From a virus (Duplodnaviria > Caudoviricetes): a stretch of DNA of 39,270 bases. Below, one piece after another: positions 1 through 7,258 of this stretch (its first letter is position 1; every line of letters starts with the position of its first letter). The stretch is from positions 1 through 39,270 of the IMG/VR virus record IMGVR_UViG_3300011337_000487. The stretch is one strand, 5' to 3'. The notes beneath the pieces are model-generated. The model was given only the letters and a program-made list of their open reading frames with translations. It had not been told where the DNA came from and searched no databases. A program made the position numbers and the translations under genes.

Positions 1-127
1 CACGATAGCCGGTGTTGATGATTTTGTTGAGCCCGTTGTACTCGATATAGCCACCACTTGACCCGGCCGTATTGGTGGGGTTGCCCGTCCACACAAGGTC
101 GGCATACCGGCGTTTGAAGTCGTTGGC
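1..127. repeat. Terminal direct repeat (assembly overlap), left copy
   Basis: Bases 1-127 are identical to 39144-39270, and the capsid reading frame runs continuously across the join. This indicates a circular or circularly permuted genome of 39,143 bp. Confidence 0.97.
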
Positions 128-682
128 AAGTTCGGTGGTGAGCTTGGCCACCGTTGACCGAAAAATTGAGTCGGGGGTTTGCTGGGTTAACTGCGTTGAC
201 ACGTCGGTGCTGAACGGGTTGTTGAGCAAACGCAAATCCACGGGCGAGCCGCGGTTGATTAATTCGCCCATGTTATCCATACGGATGACTTGGCTTTTCA
301 TCGTCATTTCGCCGAACGGCCATACCTGCTGACAGAGTTTCAACGACCCCGCCACCGGTACGTTTTCATCACATGGGGCAGTGGGCTCGGAGCCAGTGGA
401 ACCGGTTTGCCCGGTGATGATACCGAACACGGGGTTGGTGTACTGCGAGGTACGCACATGCCCGGCTTTTTCGAGATAATCCTCAATACCCAAGGGCGGG
501 ATATACGTCGTAGTGATTGCGGGATCAAGGCCGGGGGTATTGAATAGCCCGTTGTTGCCAGTGGGGGCGGTGCCGGGATTGGCGCCGCTGGCCTTGTAGG
601 CCGCCTTGAAGCGCTCGTTAAACTTGGTTTCTACCATAGCCTCAATATCGGCTTCGGTCATTGCTTTGTACTTGGTAGCCAC
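1..682 (-). CDS. Major capsid protein, 5' part (continues across the circular join to 38344; about 493 aa in total)
   Basis: Manual translation from GTG at 682 (SD GAGAGGA just upstream) gives VATKYKAMTEADIEAM...ELANDFKRRYADLVWTGNPTN, in frame with ORF 38344..39237. The gene follows the protease and scaffold, and its size fits an HK97-fold capsid protein. It is missing from the ORF track because it is split by the join. Confidence 0.85.
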   Translation of the reverse strand, partial: MATKYKAMTEADIEAMVETKFNERFKAAYKASGANPGTAPTGNNGLFNTPGLDPAITTTYIPPLGIEDYLEKAGHVRTSQYTNPVFGIITGQTGSTGSEPTAPCDENVPVAGSLKLCQQVWPFGEMTMKSQVIRMDNMGELINRGSPVDLRLLNNPFSTDVSTQLTQQTPDSIFRSTVAKLTTELANDFKRRYADLVWTGNPTNTAGSSGGYIEYNGLNKIINTGYR

Positions 683-700
683 TGCTGGTTATCCTCTCTG

Positions 701-1396
701 TTATTGGTTTTGGAACCACATGCGATACGCGGCTTGCTCGACTTCACTAAGGCCCGCCATATTGCCGTCTTTATCCACGACCACGTTTTTATGCGTGGCT
801 GATGGGGCAAACGTTGACTTGGCTTCGCCCAGTTCTTTGAGGCGGGTATCAAGTGCCTCGAGTGCATCAACCATAGCGGCGGCAAATGATTCTTGTGACT
901 CAGTATACGCTTTCATGGTTGACGCCAAATCGTCATCATCGGATTTGGTGCGCTTACCGTACCCCATCCCCATGCCCTTCATCTCGGTTGACAGGCGCTT
1001 GGCCACGGCGTCGGCAATTTTGCCGATTTCGTAGTCAGTCAACAACGATTCCTCGCCGTCGCCCTCTTCCTCATCTTCCATAACCATCTCTTCGGCGTCC
1101 ATCTCTTCGCCGTCCATCTCGGCTGGGCGCTTGTCGCCCGGGGCCTTTTCGGTGGCTTTTTCGTCCATGGCTTTGTCGGCCTTTGCGGTCATTTGCTCAT
1201 CCTCCAATGATTCCATAATTGCGTCGGTAAAGTCGTCAATATCGTCAAGCGTAATAGGGTCTAACGCTTTATACGACGTTCCCTGACGCTGTGCGGATTT
1301 CTCACGCGACAGCATGTTTTTGATGAGCGCATCGGCGTTTTGTTTGCCAACGAGCGCGTCAAGTTCGCGCCGCTTTTCCTCTTTTAACATCATCAC
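701..1396 (-). CDS. Putative capsid scaffolding protein
   Basis: 231 aa, acidic, low complexity and coiled-coil-like. It lies between the protease and capsid genes, overlaps the protease by ATGA, and has many x-K-[A/S] sites. Confidence 0.65.
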   Translation of the reverse strand: MMMLKEEKRRELDALVGKQNADALIKNMLSREKSAQRQGTSYKALDPITLDDIDDFTDAIMESLEDEQMTAKADKAMDEKATEKAPGDKRPAEMDGEEMDAEEMVMEDEEEGDGEESLLTDYEIGKIADAVAKRLSTEMKGMGMGYGKRTKSDDDDLASTMKAYTESQESFAAAMVDALEALDTRLKELGEAKSTFAPSATHKNVVVDKDGNMAGLSEVEQAAYRMWFQNQ

Positions 1397-1833
1397 TCCT
1401 TCGCAATGCTAAATGCGGTCATAGGATTGGCCGCTCGACCGGCGGGCACAATCGATCGCTCGAATATTTTCACCCGATGAAATACCTTGTCTTTATCGGG
1501 TTCGGTTGGGGCATGGTGGAAGCCAATCGACATCTGGTAGTCGCGTGACTTGGTGGCGGTGATGACACTATCCGCAACCGACGCATCAAGTAATCCGCTC
1601 TCGACCAGGTACTTGCCATCAGTGCTTACCGCCTGATAGTCAGTGGTGCCAAGCTCTAGCCCGGGCTCATGCCAAAATCGCAACGGGCCAAAATTACCAC
1701 GGCGTGCCGTGCTTTCGACGGCGTCACGTAGTGCTTTTGTTGACACAATTTCGCCGTCACGGTCACGATATGCCGTGCTACTAATTGCCATCCAGCGATA
1801 CCCTTTGGTGGTTTTGTATACCGTAAACGCCAT
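1393..1833 (-). CDS. Prohead maturation protease (HK97-like)
   Basis: Motifs DRDGEIVS, LRFWH (candidate catalytic His), MSIGF (candidate catalytic Ser) and ERSIVP...AANP. Located upstream of the scaffold and capsid genes. Confidence 0.8.
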   Translation of the reverse strand: MAFTVYKTTKGYRWMAISSTAYRDRDGEIVSTKALRDAVESTARRGNFGPLRFWHEPGLELGTTDYQAVSTDGKYLVESGLLDASVADSVITATKSRDYQMSIGFHHAPTEPDKDKVFHRVKIFERSIVPAGRAANPMTAFSIAKE

Positions 1834-1908
1834 TATCCTACCTCGTATCTATGGTGTACCACGTTAATCATTGTCATACCCTCCGCGGTTTGTCAATAGT
1901 GAATTACC

Positions 1909-4344
1909 CTACTCATCCGCCTTGATTTGGTTAGCAATCTTATTCGCCCACGATTTGCCCGCATCACCACCCCATAGCAGATGCGCAATATACCCGTTCG
2001 ATGGGTTGCTGGGGTTGCTCCAATCGGGCCGCTTATCGACAGCGTGACGGGCAAAGAATGACACCATACGCATAATCGTGTCACGTGATACGCTTTTGCC
2101 GTTGCTTAAGTCACGCGCCCGGGCAATTCCTACTGATGTACCACCCCGCCCAAATTCCGAACGCAACGCCAACCCGCGCGTGGCTTGCGCTTGCACGCCA
2201 GCCGGTGGGGTGTACCCGTCATTAGATTTTTTGGTTACCCATTCGCCCCCACGCTTTTTGTACCAACTTGCCGCCCACGCGTTGGCGTACTGTGACGGGT
2301 ATACATCAAACTTGCGTTTCGCTTGGGCGATTGCTTGTGACCATAATAATTTGTTAGTGGGCTCACTGGCTTTTGTGGTTTGTTCAGTACTTGCACCCGA
2401 TTGCCCAATCAATACCGTACGCTTACGCGCCGCAATGGCCCGCGCTCGGGGTGATGCGGTTTCGTCATTGATAATCTCATCGTATGCACTGATTTGGGCA
2501 TCCATCTTGGCTTGGCGTTGCTTGCGCTTGGCGGCGTCACGGGCGAGTAACTCTTTGGCTTTATCCTCGTTACCAGCTCCAGCGGCGGCGGCAATTTTGC
2601 GCCCAAGTACTGACGGGTACGCCATGCCGTCAATATTTTCCATCAACCCTTGTTCAATCAGGCGGGCAAATTGCGGATCGCTTGCGTCCTGTGGTTTGTC
2701 GCTGGCGAGGTAATCCCAGTCACTCGCATCGAACCCCAACGCATCCATAACCCCGGCGCCCGTGTCGGCTTGTTGGCGTTTCTTTTGCGCATCTGATACC
2801 GCCGCCCGTTTAGCACCACGTTTGCCCTTGTCGCCCCCTGCCGATGCAATGCCACGGTTGATTGCGGCGCGTATAACTGCTCCTTCACCACCCACCCGGG
2901 CAAACTTGCCGCTGGTATCGCGTCCGAGATTGCCGGCGATGACTTCACCCGCCCGGGCGCCGTACTTGCGTGGGGTACCGTTTACGCTGTCATCGGCTTT
3001 GGTGGCGGTCAGCTGTTTGATATCCGCATCAAGTTTTTCTCGTAGTGTTTGCTCGCGTTCATAATCTTGTTTTGCAAGTAACAGTGAATTATCGCTCGCT
3101 ATTCCCTTGCCGTGACTAAGTTTAATTTTTGCCAATCGTGCTCGTGCATCTAATTCTCGTTGGCGCGCCCTATCCCGTTGACGTGTTAAGTCGCTTGCTG
3201 TGCCTGTAGTACGAGTAATTGATGGCGGCGTGGTCGGCGTGGTCGGCGTGGTCGGCGTGGTCGGAGCCTCAGGCTGTTTCCCAGCGCGGCGCTCAAATTC
3301 ATCTAACTTGGATTGCCGTTTTTGTAGTAAATCTTTTGATTCGGCAATTTCCGCTTTAGAAAGCTTGCGCCCAACATTAGAACGTCCGGTAGTAACCCTG
3401 TCTTGCACTTCCTGCACACGTTGTTGCAACTGCTGATGCTCAGGACTACCAAGCGATACCGATTGCGCAGTATCAATCTCGCGTATCTTCGCAAGTCCTT
3501 TATCATACTCGGCTTCTAGCGTGCTATTACGGGCACGTAGGGTTGCCCGTTCGGCGCGAAGTTGCTCATAGCGTGGATCATCAGAACTATACGGCGAATC
3601 TGGTGTGGTGTACTTTGCCATCTCCTGTTGGATTTGCTCGAGTCGTGCGCTGTTTGCACGTCGTTCAATGACGCTATCCGCCATCGTTTGTTGTAACTCA
3701 CTTTGACGTGTGCGTGACGTGGTCGGTGTTTCGGTACGGGGTGGCGGTGCGGCACTCTCAACCGCCGCCATTTGGTTAGCCGTGTGTTGATCGCGCGTCC
3801 ACTTTTCCCCCGCCGCATCTCGTGCCCGTTGCGCAGCAGTGAGTGATTCCATGGTGGCGTTTTTGTCATTGATTGCGGCTTGGTATGCGTCCTGTGCGGC
3901 GGCGTATTCCGCCTTTGATTTATCCAAAAATGCCTGCCACTTGGTGGTGGGCGTTTCGGTACGGGGTGGCGCTACTCGTTTGGGCTTAGGGTTAGCGATG
4001 CGCTCCGCCCGCTTTTCGGCACGTATCGTTTCGCGTACTTGTTCGGCTGCTGACTTCGCTTGATTGCGGGCTTCGATGTGCGATGCCCCACCCGCACGAG
4101 CGGCACTGTATGCACCACGGAACGCCGACCCCGCCCGCCCTGGCTTGCCGTGTGCGCTTTGGTCGTGTTTGCCCGGCATATGCTTAAGCCGTGCCGTCAG
4201 CGTCTTGAGTGTGGGCGGTTCGGATTTGCTATTGTCGAGCGGGTCGGCCTCCATGAGCGGGTTAAGAAATAGCGCATATGCCAAGCTATCGCGCGGTACA
4301 TCGTCGTATGACTTACGGGCTGGTAATGGTGGCAACATTGTCAT
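1909..4344 (-). CDS. 811-aa modular head-associated protein (putative packaged cargo polyprotein)
   Basis: Chain of modules: KHMPGKHDQSAHG motif, helical segments with PT-rich linkers, RDTSGKF motif, a PTNKLLW...YPSQYANAW...KKRGG module, and a C-terminal RGGTSVGIARARDL...RMVSFFARH...LLWGGDAG module recognisable from phage head regions. ATGA-coupled to the upstream gene. Confidence 0.75.
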   Translation of the reverse strand: MTMLPPLPARKSYDDVPRDSLAYALFLNPLMEADPLDNSKSEPPTLKTLTARLKHMPGKHDQSAHGKPGRAGSAFRGAYSAARAGGASHIEARNQAKSAAEQVRETIRAEKRAERIANPKPKRVAPPRTETPTTKWQAFLDKSKAEYAAAQDAYQAAINDKNATMESLTAAQRARDAAGEKWTRDQHTANQMAAVESAAPPPRTETPTTSRTRQSELQQTMADSVIERRANSARLEQIQQEMAKYTTPDSPYSSDDPRYEQLRAERATLRARNSTLEAEYDKGLAKIREIDTAQSVSLGSPEHQQLQQRVQEVQDRVTTGRSNVGRKLSKAEIAESKDLLQKRQSKLDEFERRAGKQPEAPTTPTTPTTPTTPPSITRTTGTASDLTRQRDRARQRELDARARLAKIKLSHGKGIASDNSLLLAKQDYEREQTLREKLDADIKQLTATKADDSVNGTPRKYGARAGEVIAGNLGRDTSGKFARVGGEGAVIRAAINRGIASAGGDKGKRGAKRAAVSDAQKKRQQADTGAGVMDALGFDASDWDYLASDKPQDASDPQFARLIEQGLMENIDGMAYPSVLGRKIAAAAGAGNEDKAKELLARDAAKRKQRQAKMDAQISAYDEIINDETASPRARAIAARKRTVLIGQSGASTEQTTKASEPTNKLLWSQAIAQAKRKFDVYPSQYANAWAASWYKKRGGEWVTKKSNDGYTPPAGVQAQATRGLALRSEFGRGGTSVGIARARDLSNGKSVSRDTIMRMVSFFARHAVDKRPDWSNPSNPSNGYIAHLLWGGDAGKSWANKIANQIKADE
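3227..3262. repeat. 9-bp tandem repeat x4 (encodes a PTT linker)
   Basis: (GGCGTGGTC)x4, perfect copies. Confidence 0.95.
3728..3971. repeat. 19-bp direct repeats flanking a duplicated domain
   Basis: GTTTCGGTACGGGGTGGCG at 3728-3746 and 3953-3971, 225 bp apart (in frame). Both lie within PPRTETPTT. Confidence 0.9.
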
Positions 4345-6182
4345 ATCCTTTGCAATCGTGCTACGAGGTTGGCGTATGATTTGGTGGTGTCGGTTTTTGG
4401 CTTTGTACCCCGTGACCGCTTAGGTACGGCGTCCCCAAGTTGTAACTTTGGCTTTGGCTCCGACGGCGCCGTGGTGTTGCTCTCATCGGGCTTTTTGGGC
4501 TTGGCTTCCTCGGTACGCTTGCCCCGGTCAACGCTTGCCCGGGTGGCGCTGGTGTATATCTCGGTGAGTGATAGCGGGCCACCAAAGAAACCACCCTGTC
4601 CTTCGGCGGGTTGCGCGTCCACCATCTTGGCAATGTCTTGGATAAAGTCACGCACTCGTGCCGGTCGGCTGGCAATGCTGTCAATGTGGCGCAATAATTC
4701 TACCTGCCCATCGGTGAGGTTATGCTTTTGCCCCTCGTTGAACATGTTGGATTGTTCGAGGTATACCTGTACCTTATCCTTTGCCGGTACCCCAGACAGC
4801 CCCGGGTTGCCCCGAATGCGGGCGAGTGTGTCGATAGCTGTGGCGATGTCGTTACTGGGGTCTAGCGCCGGGTTACTGGCGCGTGACGTCGATACAGTGG
4901 CGCTTAACTGTGGCAATGCACCACTAAGCCCCGCCTGTACCGATGCAAGGTCGGGGTCGAGGCTATCCAGCAACGAACGGGCCATACGGTCGCCGCTGTC
5001 GCTTTGGAACGTCGCCGTATATACCGCCGCCTTGGCTCGGTACAACCCCACCGGGTTTAGTTCGCCGTCGGCGGTCAGCAGGCTGGCGCGCTCGTTGTCG
5101 GGTACCACTTTGAGAAATGCGTTAATAAACTCTTTGTTCGCCGATGACCGTAGCGCCGCGTCAAGTGTCTGCCCTTCCTCGGACTTTAACTTTGCAATGG
5201 TGCTTTGGGGCATGGCCTCGGCATCGACCCGGGCTTGCTCAATCGGTGACATACGCAGCGTACCCGATGAATTAGCCTCGCGGGCAAACGCCACGGGATC
5301 AACGCCGGCTTCCAGTTGGCGCACCACCACCGGGTTTTTCATCTTGGCGACTTCGGCAGGGTCGATGCCCAATTCTTTGGCAACCCGCAACACCTCGGCA
5401 CGGTACTCGGATTGTTTGCCCGGGTATGCGCTCCCGTCTTCCTGCCGTTGTAGCGCTAACGTTCGCCCGTTACCTGACAGCACCATACCCCGGGCGTCAA
5501 TGATTGGTGACCCGGCGTCAATACGCTTGAAGTCTTCGGTCATCACCTCGGGGTTGAGCCCCCGGGCAATCTTGTCTATTTGCGCTTGGCTACTTGCCCG
5601 CCGTCGGTCGCGGGGTTGTAACTCTGCGTCGTACTGTGGATTGACCCCGCCGCCGCGGGTGTTCGATGGGATGAGGTCATCCATTTCGACGATACGGTGA
5701 GTCATGCGGTACGAGGTATTTGGGTCAACACCGTACGCCTTGGTGGGCGTGCCGGTTAGCCCTAACCCGCCGTCTTGTTGTGCCAGTGGCTTGGCTGGGG
5801 TCGTGGTGGTGGCTTGGGGTTGTGGGCTCAATCGGTTGGCCCGTTCGCGTAATTGCGCCGCGCGGTTGACGTTGCGCTGTTGTTGCTCGGCTTGCCGTAC
5901 CTCACCCGATGCACGCTTGCCGGCGTCTAGTGCCTCGCGGTGACTTGCCCCACCCGACCGGGCGGCGGTGTATGCGGCGCGTGATGCCGACCCCGCCGGC
6001 CCCTTGCGTCCGTGGTCGGCTTGGTTGTGCTTGCCGGGGAGGTGTTTGGTGGTGGTGCGCTTGCGCTTGGCAAGTAGCGCAAACCGACGCTTGCCACCGG
6101 GCGTCATCTTTGCCCAGCGGTGTGCAAACTCTTGGTCGGTGGCAAATGCCCAACGCCACTGTGCTTGACTCTGAAATGGCAT
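4341..6182 (-). CDS. 613-aa modular protein with a DdrB-like ParB-superfamily domain
   Basis: LQPRDR...IDKIARGLNP...DAGSPII...VLSGNGRT...NPVVVR...FAREAN resembles the ddrB-like ParB domain of phage/plasmid polyvalent proteins. It also has an N-terminal MPFQSQAQWRWAFA module and a KHLPGKHNQADHG motif. Confidence 0.75.
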   Translation of the reverse strand: MPFQSQAQWRWAFATDQEFAHRWAKMTPGGKRRFALLAKRKRTTTKHLPGKHNQADHGRKGPAGSASRAAYTAARSGGASHREALDAGKRASGEVRQAEQQQRNVNRAAQLRERANRLSPQPQATTTTPAKPLAQQDGGLGLTGTPTKAYGVDPNTSYRMTHRIVEMDDLIPSNTRGGGVNPQYDAELQPRDRRRASSQAQIDKIARGLNPEVMTEDFKRIDAGSPIIDARGMVLSGNGRTLALQRQEDGSAYPGKQSEYRAEVLRVAKELGIDPAEVAKMKNPVVVRQLEAGVDPVAFAREANSSGTLRMSPIEQARVDAEAMPQSTIAKLKSEEGQTLDAALRSSANKEFINAFLKVVPDNERASLLTADGELNPVGLYRAKAAVYTATFQSDSGDRMARSLLDSLDPDLASVQAGLSGALPQLSATVSTSRASNPALDPSNDIATAIDTLARIRGNPGLSGVPAKDKVQVYLEQSNMFNEGQKHNLTDGQVELLRHIDSIASRPARVRDFIQDIAKMVDAQPAEGQGGFFGGPLSLTEIYTSATRASVDRGKRTEEAKPKKPDESNTTAPSEPKPKLQLGDAVPKRSRGTKPKTDTTKSYANLVARLQRI

Positions 6183-6185
6183 TGC

Positions 6186-6683
6186 TTACCTCCCGTTCAT
6201 TTCTACGCTAATCGCCCGCTGTACGATGATGGGGAGTAGCTTTTGATACTTGATTACGGCCGTGTCTGTCCAGATGCGGGCCTTGGTGCCGGGGTGCTTG
6301 ACCTGCTTGCGATAGTTTATGGTAGTGGGGTATTTGGCGTTCTTACTGCCGAGGAACCCCGGGCGGGTCTTGGCGCCGTACGACCCGAACCCGTTCCACG
6401 CAAACCGCAGTGCCTTGGCGCGCTTGACGCGGATAATATGCGGCTTGGTGCCCACGTCTAGCATACTCCACACGGCATCATCGGTACCCACGGCGATGGT
6501 TTCGGCGTCAACGTCGGTACGGGTAAACTTCGGCTTGTGGTTCCATGTATTGGTGGTCGCCACAAAGTCAACCCGCGCCGCCTCGCCCGTCATGTGTAAC
6601 TTGTTGATGATTGCCCGTTGCAGTTTCACGGGGTCGGCTATCTGGGTAATGTCGAATACGACCTTTATAAACGTAGTACTCAT
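6186..6683 (-). CDS. HK97 gp10-like virion morphogenesis protein
   Basis: GTKPHIIR...KALRF...KQVKHPGTKAR motif. Start placed at ATG 6683, which gives an ATGA overlap with the upstream stop. Confidence 0.6.
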   Translation of the reverse strand: MSTTFIKVVFDITQIADPVKLQRAIINKLHMTGEAARVDFVATTNTWNHKPKFTRTDVDAETIAVGTDDAVWSMLDVGTKPHIIRVKRAKALRFAWNGFGSYGAKTRPGFLGSKNAKYPTTINYRKQVKHPGTKARIWTDTAVIKYQKLLPIIVQRAISVEMNGR

Positions 6684-7258
6684 ATCAGTTCTAACCCCCG
6701 TATCAGTAGCGGGCTCCACTCACGCTCGCGCGCAATGCACGTGCTGCAGCTATCATCGGCGCCCCGTCGCCAAAAACAATCGAAGTCGCCGGCTTCCTCG
6801 TCAATGGTTGCAATTTCCCATGAGCATTTGCAATTCGTGTGACAGATGGTACCCTCGGCGGGCATGGCGGGCAATGGCAATCCACCAGTAAACCCTGCAC
6901 TATACGGCTGGCGTAGTGCCGGCGCGTACATATCCGCCCGGGCGCGTATCTGATTGGGGGTCATGTTGCCCCCGGCGATGGTGTCGGCGAAGTTGTTGAG
7001 GTAATTCAGCTGCGCCGCAACCATCTCGGATAACTGGCCCTGCATACCCATACTCAACGGCTTGCCATCGTTACCCGCAATCATCGCCGCGGTTTGGTAC
7101 TGGGCAATCGCCGCCGCTACTTTGTCACGCCATACCGCCACGTCATCGGGATCAACCGCGCCGTCGTTTTGCTCGGCAAGGTCGGCAATACGAGCCGTGG
7201 CGGCGCGGATTATCTCTAGTAGTGCGTCAGTAAGCTTCTGTAGCGGTTCCTCGTTCAT
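6680..7258 (-). CDS. MuF/SPP1 gp7-like minor head protein
   Basis: Immediately follows the portal gene. Cys-rich motifs LPAMPAEGTICHTNCKC and W...DSCSTC. Confidence 0.6.
   Translation of the reverse strand: MNEEPLQKLTDALLEIIRAATARIADLAEQNDGAVDPDDVAVWRDKVAAAIAQYQTAAMIAGNDGKPLSMGMQGQLSEMVAAQLNYLNNFADTIAGGNMTPNQIRARADMYAPALRQPYSAGFTGGLPLPAMPAEGTICHTNCKCSWEIATIDEEAGDFDCFWRRGADDSCSTCIAREREWSPLLIRGLELI

Noticed and set aside
1-127. 127-bp terminal repeat as a biological DTR or att site
   Set aside because: It lies mid-capsid gene and its length equals a common assembler k-mer, so it is best explained as circular overlap.
1866-1896. Promoter upstream of the protease (TTGACA at 1891-1896, minus strand)
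   Set aside because: The -35 is perfect but there is no convincing -10 at 16-18 bp spacing, so it was left uncalled.
4369-5700. Long plus-strand ORFs (4369..5700, 2078..2713, 29786..30634, 10790..11374 and others)
   Set aside because: These are antisense shadows of well-supported minus-strand genes, with no motifs or SD.
4341-6182. ParB as evidence of a plasmid-prophage partition system
   Set aside because: The motifs are of the DdrB-like type, the gene sits in the head module, and no ParA or parS array was seen.
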